From Nanobdellota archaeon (GTDB lineage: Archaea; Nanobdellota; Nanobdellia; Parvarchaeales; Parvarchaeaceae), in contig JAJZMG010000040.1 of assembly GCA_021798355.1 (NCBI GenBank), positions 1 to 55,748 of the forward strand: a stretch of DNA of 55,748 nucleotides, given 5' to 3'. The notes under the pieces are model-generated. The model was not told the origin of the DNA and did no database searches. It was given only the letters and a program-made list of their open reading frames with translations. The position numbers and the translations under genes are program-made. Positions within the stretch are counted from its first letter, which is position 1, and each line of letters opens with the position of its first letter. Below, one piece after another: positions 47,501-55,708 of the stretch.

Positions 47501-47831
47501 TTCTGTAGAACTTCCAAATAAGAAGGTAAGAAATATAAGAGGATTGAGTGGGGGAGAGCTGTCCGTTCTTGCAATATCTTTAATAATGGCCTTATCTAAA
47601 TACACAGAAGCGGTATTTTATGTATTAGATGAGGTGGATGCCGCTTTGGATGCAATAAATGCAGGTAATTTCTCTGCGCTTGTTAAAGCTTATTCTGCTT
47701 CATCCCAGTTTATAATAATCTCCCACAATGAAACTACGCTTATAAATGCAGATGTAATTTACGGGGTAACTATGAATGACGAGGGTATAAGCAGGGTTGT
47801 AAGCGTAAAAATGCCAGATCAGAAAACTTGA
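44511..47831 (+). CDS. smc: Chromosome segregation ATPase SMC
   Basis: About 1106 aa. Walker A GANGSGKSN, long coiled coils, hinge, signature LSGGE, Walker B VLDEVDAALD. Confidence 0.93.
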   Translation: MTYIKQVELDNFKSFAGHIKFDFVNGFNAIAGANGSGKSNIIDALLFVFGGSSKKEMRSDLLTDLIFNGGKSGRQSEHAKVNVILDNSNKEFHGIEESEVSISRKIDKNGKSIYRINGKASTREEVLNILALVKFRQDGFNIIPQGRILEVVGTSNEDRLSLINDISGISVFEDKKSKAMNEMKKVEENISKIDTVLNEKRKLMAQLEKEKTRAVEFQELKSRYASLLSKQSMIKRDSAYSELQFILEKLKEVEKGNEELSSEIVKLNEKVKKINEEVNIINTKAESEGEKEILEAENKAKEFDSELARLNAVLKNDNEQLNNIILSIEELSKSQEEIRRQIKEEEAEKDKLEEKIASLNSKKLSLIESESKTQNYLKTKEALEKRIYDIDKKIYEQKVVLANYPKIAEIQDELTKLESSKNETERTVKEMTLSFSALKPEIDKLKMQAKRESESVYLLRENLLNQRNVLSSQNRAIEVVNKLRKEITGLYGLVSELFSLKNEEYSTPVLRSIGRRVDFIVVENEEIARQCIEKLKKEKLGFYTFIPLNVVKSSYNLEKINDERIIDYIINLVNFDSKFARAMNFVFGDTVLVKNFASAKEIINKYRMVLPDGTVFEKTGTVSGGHFDMPNILNINKKITEINYEVTEHSKMKEKYDEEIIEKESTLNSLMTEIKVRQQALNEINDKISKLLHEKSKFTGTESEISNRVRDLENENLGLKSKLGELEKNKPDIIDHKKEIETLEREVNDLHVKVATSGNKLSAVLMSETSNLEKRFSQLSKERSKFEKEIEDVENLIKNTQENYEQARKELSSKSNSLNMLRKRRTELLSELNDIQKKREETYGNSQKVAEELNTLKVKEAGLRVKFETAEEEYNKYKIEGIKPEDGETIEKISKELNSLNSKINSFGPINELALKTFIETQKQYEEFNIKLEKLNDEKSRILSVITEIEQKKLESFMKTLSDINSIFTKVFNSITKGKAELVPDDPSNVFSSGLDISVELPNKKVRNIRGLSGGELSVLAISLIMALSKYTEAVFYVLDEVDAALDAINAGNFSALVKAYSASSQFIIISHNETTLINADVIYGVTMNDEGISRVVSVKMPDQKT

Positions 47832-48619
47832 TCTTTCAAGTATTTTGTTATCTCTGTTATTTCATTTAATTTCAACTCTTTTACTTGTTTGTTACCAAAT
47901 AACTTAATCATATCCGGAAGCCCTTCAAATGATTTTTTGCTCTCTTTTTTTGTTTTGTAATTTAGTGCAATTATTCCATTCATAAATGCGTTTTTAAGCA
48001 GCATTTCTTTTCTTTTAAATATCTCTTGAGATATGTCATCTTGCTTTTTTGTGATCTGTATCATCCTGCTGGTGACTCTAGGCACAGGGTAAAATGATTC
48101 TTTTTTTATTTCCCCCAAATCAATAAAATCAAAAAATATTTTTTGGATCGCTGAGAACTTAGTATCGTTTTCCTTCGAAACGAATTGTTTTGCTATTGTA
48201 TTGGGCAGTATCATTATCCCCGTTTCAAAGTCATAAAAAGAAAGTTTATCAATTATTCTATCCGCAATATTGTACGGCGGATTAGATATAATCTTATTGA
48301 ACCTGGGATATATAATCTCCAGGGCATCTGCGTTTATTATCTGAACATTTGGGTCTATTTCATACTTGTCAATAAGATAAGAATAACATTTTATTTCCTT
48401 TTCTATTGCAATTACTTTGCATTGTCTACTTACTATACTTTCTATGCTTCCGAATCCAGCACCTATATCCAAAACTATGTCGGAAGGCTTTAACTTTGCT
48501 TCATTTATTTCATGCGTAAGCACGTTTTCGTCTATTAGAAAATTTTGCCCGTTTTCATTATTACTTTTTATTTTGTAATCATCAACCAGTTTAATTGTTG
48601 TATCCTTTAACTGGCTCAT
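47819..48619 (-). CDS. ksgA: 16S rRNA (adenine1518/1519-N6)-dimethyltransferase KsgA/Dim1
   Basis: GQNFLIDENV, VLDIGAGFGSIE, IISNPPYNI. The ATG at 48619 directly follows the upstream stop. Confidence 0.9.
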   Translation of the reverse strand: MSQLKDTTIKLVDDYKIKSNNENGQNFLIDENVLTHEINEAKLKPSDIVLDIGAGFGSIESIVSRQCKVIAIEKEIKCYSYLIDKYEIDPNVQIINADALEIIYPRFNKIISNPPYNIADRIIDKLSFYDFETGIMILPNTIAKQFVSKENDTKFSAIQKIFFDFIDLGEIKKESFYPVPRVTSRMIQITKKQDDISQEIFKRKEMLLKNAFMNGIIALNYKTKKESKKSFEGLPDMIKLFGNKQVKELKLNEITEITKYLKDQVF

Positions 48620-48620
48620 A

Positions 48621-48899
48621 CTATTTAGAGCGCGCATGTGGGGGCTTTAGCCGTTCTACAGAATAGACTTGGAGGCATTTGCTGCACTCAAAAACATATC
48701 TCTCTTTCATTTTTCCCTTTTCTTTACCTTTTTCTATCTTTAGCTTAGATTTAAAATCATTTTCTTCCCCACACTTTGGGCATTTAAATACAAAGTGGAA
48801 GTCTTCCTCTCCCGCCTCCCTGTATATCATGAGTTTTTCAGTATTTCCGTCAAAACTAATAAATGATTTTTTTATGAAATTAATTTTGTTTATATCCAT
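48621..48899 (-). CDS. Small zinc-ribbon protein (hypothetical)
   Basis: 92 aa. CPKCG ... CSKC pair. Confidence 0.5.
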   Translation of the reverse strand: MDINKINFIKKSFISFDGNTEKLMIYREAGEEDFHFVFKCPKCGEENDFKSKLKIEKGKEKGKMKERYVFECSKCLQVYSVERLKPPHARSK

Positions 48900-48933
48900 A
48901 AAAGAAAAAGTTTTTACTATTTTATATATGTTT

Positions 48934-49587
48934 TTATTCGACTTTTATTCGGTTTAATTCATTGCTTTCCTTTATCCATATCGCCCAGCAAAGCTGAGTT
49001 TGGCTAACATTGTAAATATTACTTAGTCTTTCGCCTTCTAGTATACAGTCATAAGGCGTTTTAATAGGTTTAAAATTTCTGTTTATCCAGTTCATTATGA
49101 CTTTATCAGGCATTATCGTGTCTACTCCGCTTTGAATTCTGAGGTATTGGAAGGTGTTTATCCCAACTCCCCTTATCCTTCCTATCTCATCCTTTTTAAA
49201 ATTGAATGGGTCAGCATTTTTGGCCCATTTTTTTAAACTCTTTATCTCATTTTCTTCATCATTTCTTTCAGATACAATTCTGCAAATTTTTTTCATTGCT
49301 TCCCACACTCTTTTATTTTTAAACATAAAAAGAAGTTCTTTATTCTTTATTTTACCGAAATCGCTACATTTCGGTGCAATTCCTGTTTTCACGTATTTTT
49401 CACGGAAATACTTGACTTTAGGTACAACCACAGTAAAATAATTTAGACCAGTGCTGTCTAAGCATGCATCAAGTACTATTAAAATTGCTTTTCCTCCCCA
49501 CCTTTTGCCCGTTTTGCACAGCCTATCAAAACGTGCAGATTCTTTGATTATTTCGCTTCCGAAAAGCTTTAATGCATTATTTTTCAT
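48934..49587 (-). CDS. Hypothetical protein with a helix-hairpin-helix-like motif
   Basis: 217 aa. IRGVGINTFQYLRIQSGVDTIMPDKVIMNWI resembles the HhH plus downstream segment of HhH-GPD-type proteins. The assignment is weak. Confidence 0.45.
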   Translation of the reverse strand: MKNNALKLFGSEIIKESARFDRLCKTGKRWGGKAILIVLDACLDSTGLNYFTVVVPKVKYFREKYVKTGIAPKCSDFGKIKNKELLFMFKNKRVWEAMKKICRIVSERNDEENEIKSLKKWAKNADPFNFKKDEIGRIRGVGINTFQYLRIQSGVDTIMPDKVIMNWINRNFKPIKTPYDCILEGERLSNIYNVSQTQLCWAIWIKESNELNRIKVE

Positions 49588-49690
49588 TATTAAAGAATAA
49601 AATACCTTAACCTTTATTAGGTTTTGTTTTTATTTAAGGCAAAATATATATAAAGGTAAAAAACATAAGTAGAGTATAATTTCGATAATT

Positions 49691-50392
49691 ATGAAAGTAC
49701 CAAGGTCAAGACGAAGAGGAAAAAGCAGGGTTTTTAGAGTCAATGATTTCAAGGCAATAGGGAAAGTAAAACTTCCAAATTCAACTGACCCTATGAATGC
49801 AAGGATTTTAAAACTTATTCACGATCCTTACAGGACAGCGCCACTCATGGAGTTGAAATTCGAAAACGGCTTAAAGGCATTTTTGCCGGCGTTCGTTGGG
49901 GCGTACGAAGGCATGATAATACAGTATATGAAATCCGATAGCATAAAAGAGGGGTCCGTTTTAAGATTAGGAGATATACCTACAGGAACTATAGTATACG
50001 ATATAGAGTTGAAGGCTGGCGACGGCGGTAAATTGATAAGGGCAGGCGGAAATAGCGCAAGAATAATGGAGAACACGGGTAATGAAGTAGCGATCTCGCT
50101 TTCAAGTGGAAAGATACTTAGGCTTAAGAAGGATTGCAGAGCAATAATAGGTAAAATAGCCAATGCCGGAAGAAAGGAAAAACCATTTTACAAGGCAGGT
50201 AACAAATATCATCTTATAAAAGCTAGAGGCAGATATTGGCCTATGAATGCGGCAGTTGCAATGAATGCTTACGAACATAAATTTGGAGGTAAAAGAAGAA
50301 GTACCCAGCACAAATCTAAAAGCTCCGCTAGAAATTCGCCTCCTGGTGCAAAGGTAGGATCTATCGCCCCTAAGAGGACGGGAGTAAGATAA
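49691..50392 (+). CDS. rpl2: 50S ribosomal protein L2 (uL2)
   Basis: 233 aa. GNSARIMENTG, MNAYEHKFGGKRR, GSIAPKRTG. Confidence 0.93.
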   Translation: MKVPRSRRRGKSRVFRVNDFKAIGKVKLPNSTDPMNARILKLIHDPYRTAPLMELKFENGLKAFLPAFVGAYEGMIIQYMKSDSIKEGSVLRLGDIPTGTIVYDIELKAGDGGKLIRAGGNSARIMENTGNEVAISLSSGKILRLKKDCRAIIGKIANAGRKEKPFYKAGNKYHLIKARGRYWPMNAAVAMNAYEHKFGGKRRSTQHKSKSSARNSPPGAKVGSIAPKRTGVR

Positions 50393-50778
50393 TGGAAGAA
50401 TATAAGTTTAGAGGTAAGAGCATAGATGACCTTAAAAAGATGTCAAATGAGGAGCTTATGAAGATAGCCAATGCTGATTTCAGGAGGGCTATCAAAAGAG
50501 GGTTTTCTCCCGAAGAAAAGACATTTTTAATAAACCTAAAGAAAAAGGTAGCAAAATCAAAAACTATCAAAACTCACATGAGAGAAATGTTTATTCTACC
50601 CGACTTTGTAGGACTAACTGTACATGTATACAATGGCAAGGAATTTGTGCCAATTGAAATAAAGCCTTCAATGGTATTTCATCGTCTTGGCGAGTTTGCG
50701 CTTACTACCAAACAAGTAAAGCACGGTTCCCCAGGTATGAAAGCTACACGTTCGAGCGGATTTGTGCCTATTAAGTAA
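50392..50778 (+). CDS. rps19: 30S ribosomal protein S19 (uS19)
   Basis: 128 aa. VHVYNGKEFVPIEIKPSMVFHRLGEFALTTKQVKH. Confidence 0.92.
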   Translation: MEEYKFRGKSIDDLKKMSNEELMKIANADFRRAIKRGFSPEEKTFLINLKKKVAKSKTIKTHMREMFILPDFVGLTVHVYNGKEFVPIEIKPSMVFHRLGEFALTTKQVKHGSPGMKATRSSGFVPIK

Positions 50779-50780
50779 AT

Positions 50781-51365
50781 ATGGTAACTAAATTACAGGT
50801 TAAAAGAGAAGGGATGCCAATATCATTGAAGCATACTCATGAAATAATGGAAGCTGTAAAAGGCAAGCAAATCGCAAAGGCCGATGTCTTACTAAAAAAA
50901 GTACTGAAAAAGCAGGAATATATCCCTTTTAAAAAATATTCCAGCAAAGGTCATAAACACGGCGTACCTGCAGGTTATCCGCAGAAAGCCACAAAACAGG
51001 TTATTTCTATGTTGGGAGAGCTAAAAGCAAATGCAAAGAATATGGGATTTGATGAGTCAAAGATAGTTGTAAGCAGTTACTCTCTTGGGAGAGGAGGTTA
51101 CCCACGGTTTTCAAGTGGGACAGTTTATAGACATGGTAAGCGAACTAATTTAACTATTTATTCATTAGTAGATCAGGAGAGAAAAATGCCTGAAAAGAAG
51201 CAGGTCGCCGATGACAAAGTAGAAAAAAGTCCTACAGATGTAGAACCAGTCAAAGAGCCTAAAAATGAAGAAAATCTCGAAATTACTGATGAGAAGCAAG
51301 AAAAACAAACATCGCAGGAAAGTAATAAAAGCACAGAAAACAATGATTTAAAAGCGGAGAAGTAA
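50781..51365 (+). CDS. rpl22: 50S ribosomal protein L22 (uL22) with an acidic/Lys-rich C-terminal extension
   Basis: 194 aa. AGYPQKATKQVISMLGELKANAKNMG. The roughly 50-60-aa tail is not typical of archaeal uL22. Confidence 0.88.
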   Translation: MVTKLQVKREGMPISLKHTHEIMEAVKGKQIAKADVLLKKVLKKQEYIPFKKYSSKGHKHGVPAGYPQKATKQVISMLGELKANAKNMGFDESKIVVSSYSLGRGGYPRFSSGTVYRHGKRTNLTIYSLVDQERKMPEKKQVADDKVEKSPTDVEPVKEPKNEENLEITDEKQEKQTSQESNKSTENNDLKAEK

Positions 51366-51366
51366 A

Positions 51367-52038
51367 ATGTTACCTAAGAAAATAATTGCAAATAAAGTTA
51401 ATGATGAGACAGCACGCGAATACCTATTCAAGAAGTTCGTTAGATTTGGAATAAGTGATATACGAATAGAAAAAACTCCCCTGGGCATGAAAATAGTCAT
51501 AAAAACGCCGAAGCCAGGTGCGATAATAACAAGAGCGAATCAAATACTAAGGGAAAGTTCAAAGGAATTAGGAGAGTACTTTAATCAAGAATCTCCAAGA
51601 ATAGAAGTTGAAAGCTCTGATAACCCTAATTTGGATCCTGCTATAGTCGCAGATTCTATAGCTTTTAAAATAGCCAAATACGGGCCTATGAAATATAAGG
51701 TAGTAGCCCACAAAGCTATGGACAGTATAATGGCCGCAGGGGCAAAAGGAGTAGAAATAGAGATAGGCGGGGTAATAAAAGAGAGGGCTGCCCACTTTAA
51801 ATTTAGGCCTACCGGTAGTGTAATGCCAAAAACCGGGCAAGTGGAGTTTTTCGGCGTTAGGAGTGCAAAAAAACAATTAGTGCTTAAAAGAGGCTCAATA
51901 GGCATAAAAGTTACAATAGTAGTGCCTACTGAAAATATTGGAGGAGTAAAAATAAATGATGGAAGAGAATCTGAAGGACTTGGAAATGGAACTTCTGAAA
52001 ATGAACATAAAGAAGACGCAGGGGCTCCAGCCAGCTGA
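51367..52038 (+). CDS. rps3: 30S ribosomal protein S3 (uS3)
   Basis: 223 aa. KH domain (ISDIRIEKTPLGMKIVIKTPKPGAII) and GAKGVEIEIGG. Confidence 0.9.
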   Translation: MLPKKIIANKVNDETAREYLFKKFVRFGISDIRIEKTPLGMKIVIKTPKPGAIITRANQILRESSKELGEYFNQESPRIEVESSDNPNLDPAIVADSIAFKIAKYGPMKYKVVAHKAMDSIMAAGAKGVEIEIGGVIKERAAHFKFRPTGSVMPKTGQVEFFGVRSAKKQLVLKRGSIGIKVTIVVPTENIGGVKINDGRESEGLGNGTSENEHKEDAGAPAS

Positions 52039-52132
52039 TGCTGGTAAGTACAGGCATTTGAAGAAGAAAGTTGCTCAGCTAAAGAATGAGCTTAGAAAGA
52101 AAGAGCTATCTACAAAATCGTCTAAAGCTTGA
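51956..52132 (+). CDS. rpl29: 50S ribosomal protein L29 (uL29), 58 aa, below the ORF-track cutoff
   Basis: My translation is MMEENLKDLEMELLKMNIKKTQGLQPADAGKYRHLKKKVAQLKNELRKKELSTKSSKA. It has the uL29-like two-helix pattern and sits at the canonical position after rps3. GGAGG (51941-51945) precedes the ATG. Confidence 0.6.
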   Translation: MMEENLKDLEMELLKMNIKKTQGLQPADAGKYRHLKKKVAQLKNELRKKELSTKSSKA

Positions 52133-52212
52133 ATCCTTTTGTTAGATATCTTATAGTCTAATGCTCTTTAAAAATAAGACTAATAACAAAGTCTATCTGG
52201 AAGTCTTAATTT

Positions 52213-53079
52213 TCATCCGTTCACTAGATCAAATAACGTGTCAAGCTGTTGTCTTTTAGCTTCTATTTGCGCCTTCATCTTTTTGTATTCATCTTCACTT
52301 ATTTTACCAGCAACAAAATTTCTTTCTAAATCTGCAGATTCTTTTTCTACATCCCTTAACTTATTGTTTAATTTAGTTGATCCCTGTGGGCCCATCGAAA
52401 GGCTGCTTGAAACATTATTTGCTAATTGTCTCTTGTCCAATTTGTTTCCGTATTTCCTTGAAAGTTCACTGTACATTTCCGTCATGTCTCCTTCTAACTT
52501 GGAATATGAATCTTTATCCTTAAATTTACAGTCACCCGCAAGAACCACTCTAACATTCGCCGATTCCTCTGTAGGATCGTAAATGCCTATTATCTTTGCC
52601 CATAAAAATATTGGGACAATTTTCTTTATTTCAAAGAATATCAAAGCAAGCACAAAAAATGCTACCATCCCGTAAAGTACGAGTGCGGACGATGAGTAGC
52701 TAAAATGTGTTATATTATTGTAAATATTTGTCCTATACGAAATCAAAAGTAGTGCTAAAAGGATTATACCGATTATAAGACAGGCTTTCCAGGCTATAGG
52801 GTATTTCGAGCCTTTTTTGTTGTCTTTAGCGCTTTTTAACAGGGCCCTTATAGGTTTTACATTTCCGCCACGGAAAGTTTCCTCTAATTCATTATCCTCA
52901 AATTTTGCAAGTTCGTTTAGTAAAATCTTATAATCCATGTCTGTCATGTATTCAGATACTTGATTTCTTAATACTTGAGGATCATCACTTTTAATGTAAA
53001 GGTCATAGAACACATGTTTTTTCTCTAGTTCCGGAGTATCAAATTCCTTCTCATAGTTCTTTATGCTGAATCCAATCAT
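52213..53079 (-). CDS. Membrane protein with a C-terminal SHOCT-like domain (hypothetical)
   Basis: 288 aa. Two central TM helices. C-terminal NFVAGKISEDEYKKMKAQIE resembles the SHOCT motif. Confidence 0.55.
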   Translation of the reverse strand: MIGFSIKNYEKEFDTPELEKKHVFYDLYIKSDDPQVLRNQVSEYMTDMDYKILLNELAKFEDNELEETFRGGNVKPIRALLKSAKDNKKGSKYPIAWKACLIIGIILLALLLISYRTNIYNNITHFSYSSSALVLYGMVAFFVLALIFFEIKKIVPIFLWAKIIGIYDPTEESANVRVVLAGDCKFKDKDSYSKLEGDMTEMYSELSRKYGNKLDKRQLANNVSSSLSMGPQGSTKLNNKLRDVEKESADLERNFVAGKISEDEYKKMKAQIEAKRQQLDTLFDLVNG

Positions 53080-53179
53080 AAAAATATATGATTTCTTTTA
53101 AATAAATAAGTATTATTTACGATATAGTGTTTTATTAGAGCACTAAAACCATTTATTTTAAAAAAGACTACTTACTCAA

Positions 53180-53656
53180 ATGGATTTAGGGACTATAGGG
53201 TTTTTGATTATATCTTCACTGCTTATTTCAACGGCAATGCTTATGGTATCCACCAAAAATCTTATACATGCTCTTTTGTACATGTTTATGTTTATAATCT
53301 CTGTGACTGCCATAATCCTTTATTTAAACGCCGTATTTTTGGGCATAGCAGAGCTTATAATCTATAATGGAGGGATAGTACTTTTACTGGCGATAGGCAT
53401 AAGTTCAATGCCAGAAGGCGCTGTAAAGAAAGTAAATTCTAAACTTTCATTTGCTCTTCCAGTCATAGTGCTTGCAGTTACCTCCTTCCTACTTTTGAAG
53501 GTACCTTCTAGCTCCCATTCTTCTAGTTTAAATTATACAAATTTTGGAACGTACTTCTTTCAAAATTATGCGGGTTTACTTTTAGTTCTTGCGTTTACTG
53601 CGATAGCCAGCATATTCTCAACTATATACATTATAAGTAAAGGTGAAAAAGTATGA
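53180..53656 (+). CDS. nuoJ: NADH:quinone oxidoreductase subunit J (ND6-like)
   Basis: 158 aa. AVFLGIAELIIYNGGIVLLL matches the NuoJ core motif. nuoK and nuoL follow. Confidence 0.8.
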   Translation: MDLGTIGFLIISSLLISTAMLMVSTKNLIHALLYMFMFIISVTAIILYLNAVFLGIAELIIYNGGIVLLLAIGISSMPEGAVKKVNSKLSFALPVIVLAVTSFLLLKVPSSSHSSSLNYTNFGTYFFQNYAGLLLVLAFTAIASIFSTIYIISKGEKV

Positions 53657-53955
53657 TACAAGAGGGATATTTTCTGCTGCTTACAAGCATTCTTTTTGCC
53701 ATAGGGCTTTATGGTATATTGTCAAGAAGAGAGGGAATCTCAATAATAATCTCGTCAGAAATCATAGTTAATGCGGCAATAATAAACTTTGTATCGGCTG
53801 CCAACTTCTACTCAGCACTGAATGGGATAGGTTATGCATTGATAACCCTAATAATGATAGTATTTGAAACAGTGGTTTTTATTGCCTTAATGGTAATCTT
53901 TTCAAGAAGGACAGGCTCACTTTCAATATCTAAGTTAAGGAGGTATAAAGGTTAA
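53653..53955 (+). CDS. nuoK: NADH:quinone oxidoreductase subunit K (ND4L-like)
   Basis: 100 aa, 3 TM. LFAIGLYGILSRREGISIIISSEIIVNA with a conserved membrane Glu. Confidence 0.85.
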   Translation: MIQEGYFLLLTSILFAIGLYGILSRREGISIIISSEIIVNAAIINFVSAANFYSALNGIGYALITLIMIVFETVVFIALMVIFSRRTGSLSISKLRRYKG

Positions 53956-53956
53956 T

Positions 53957-55708
53957 ATGCTTTATCTAATCCTCATTCCCCTGCTTCTTTCTGCTATTAT
54001 AATCCCAATGTTAAAGGAAAGGAAGAGGCTAAGCTGGTTAGTTGCTTTGTTTGCAACGCTTGTGTCCTTTTTACTTTCAATCTTCTTCTTTATTTCATAT
54101 TTTAATAAAAATATAATAGAGAGCTATACCTGGTTCTCATTTAATAGCTTATCTTTCTCTTTGTCGCTCATTGGTAATAACCTGACGATTTTTATGGCCT
54201 TACTTGTTTCATTCATATCAATAACGGTCCTATTGTTTTCAGGCGCTTACATGAAAAAGGAAAAGCAGGTCCGTTTCTATTCTGAGATGTCTTTCTTCAT
54301 CTTTTCCATGTTGGGCCTAGTACTATCAAACAGCTTGCTTTTATTCTTTATCTTTTGGGAATTTGTGGGTATAACTTCTTATCTTCTTATAGGATTTTGG
54401 TATGATAGGGACGGGCCGGCGGTTTCAAGCAAGAAAGCACTTATAATAACAAGAGTAGGGGACCTTTCATTTCTTGCTGCTATAATAATTATATTCTCCT
54501 CACTTAAAACATTCTCAATATCAACACTTCTGGCATCTATCTATTCTATGCCTACAAGTTTAATAATGCTAGCTGGGTCGCTGCTTACAATTGCAGCGCT
54601 TTCGAAGGCTGCTCAGTTCCCATTTTATACTTGGTTAATAGACGCAATGGAAGGCCCTACTCCCGTAAGTTCCTTGCTTCATTCTGCTACAATGGTTGCA
54701 GCTGGTGCTTATTTACTGGTAAGATTGCTTCCACTTATCTCTGCAGCAGGGCTTCAGAATCTGGTAGTCGTTTTCGGATTTATTACTGCATTTATTGGCG
54801 CATTATTGGGCTTGAGAGAAAGGCATTTTAAAAAGATACTTGCTTATTCAACAATAGAAAGCCTTGCGTTCATGTTTATAGCTATAGGCACCTTGAATGC
54901 AGGAGGAGCTATCTTTTACCTTTTTACTCACGCAGTTTTTAAGTCTATGCTTTTCTTCATAAGCGGAGCACTTGCGCTTTCTTTTGGGACATACGATGTA
55001 TACGAACTTAGTAAAAAGAAATTAAGAGGAACTTGGCTTACCTTGCCTGCATTTATAGGTTTTGCTTCGATATCGGCCATCCCCCCATTTATGAGCTTTT
55101 TTGCTCACTCCTCGCTTACATATAACTTAAATATATTTGAGAATATAGCATTTGTTATTGTAGCATTTCTAACTGCGCTTTTTTCCTTTAGAGCGTTTTT
55201 TATTATATTCAGAGAAAAGGCAAATAAAGACATAAAAAAGGAAGTTAATCTCCTCTTCCCTATAATACTGCTTTCAGTTATATCTATTTTAGGAGGGGTT
55301 TTCCTGTTCTTTTTCAAGTATATAATAAATATTGCATATTCCTTTGATATATTCTCTTTTATAGCACTCGCTTCTGCTTTGCTCGGTGCCTTTGTGTCAT
55401 ATGAGCTATTTTACCTAAAGAAAGGAAAGTCGTTTGAATCTAAAATGAGCCTTTTAGGATCAAAGATTGCAAACTACAGATATGAGAGATTCATTATTGC
55501 TATAGGTAATGCAATTTCCGATTTAGGTTTCTATTTTGGGAAGTTTGATTCTATGTTTTCAAATGCAATGTCCAGGGTCGCAGAATCAACTTTTATACTG
55601 TCCTCCAAGACGAGAGAAGTTGAAAACGGGGATGCATTCAGGTATATATCAGCAGTTATTATAGGTTTAACTGCTATTATTTTATTTGCGGTGGTTTTCG
55701 TATGGTAA
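53957..55708 (+). CDS. nuoL: NADH:quinone oxidoreductase subunit L (ND5-like antiporter subunit)
   Basis: 583 aa. WEFVGITSYLLIGFWY, KAAQFPFYTWLIDAMEGPTPVSSLLHSATMVAAG. Confidence 0.9.
   Translation: MLYLILIPLLLSAIIIPMLKERKRLSWLVALFATLVSFLLSIFFFISYFNKNIIESYTWFSFNSLSFSLSLIGNNLTIFMALLVSFISITVLLFSGAYMKKEKQVRFYSEMSFFIFSMLGLVLSNSLLLFFIFWEFVGITSYLLIGFWYDRDGPAVSSKKALIITRVGDLSFLAAIIIIFSSLKTFSISTLLASIYSMPTSLIMLAGSLLTIAALSKAAQFPFYTWLIDAMEGPTPVSSLLHSATMVAAGAYLLVRLLPLISAAGLQNLVVVFGFITAFIGALLGLRERHFKKILAYSTIESLAFMFIAIGTLNAGGAIFYLFTHAVFKSMLFFISGALALSFGTYDVYELSKKKLRGTWLTLPAFIGFASISAIPPFMSFFAHSSLTYNLNIFENIAFVIVAFLTALFSFRAFFIIFREKANKDIKKEVNLLFPIILLSVISILGGVFLFFFKYIINIAYSFDIFSFIALASALLGAFVSYELFYLKKGKSFESKMSLLGSKIANYRYERFIIAIGNAISDLGFYFGKFDSMFSNAMSRVAESTFILSSKTREVENGDAFRYISAVIIGLTAIILFAVVFVW

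Noticed and set aside
53180-55708. Alternative reading of nuoJKL as an Mrp-type cation/proton antiporter operon
   Set aside because: The first gene has the NuoJ/ND6-type motif (FLGIAELIIYNGGI), which is not an Mrp component. The J-K-L-M order is that of complex I-type enzymes. Only phylogeny could settle this, so the point is kept in the nuo finding.
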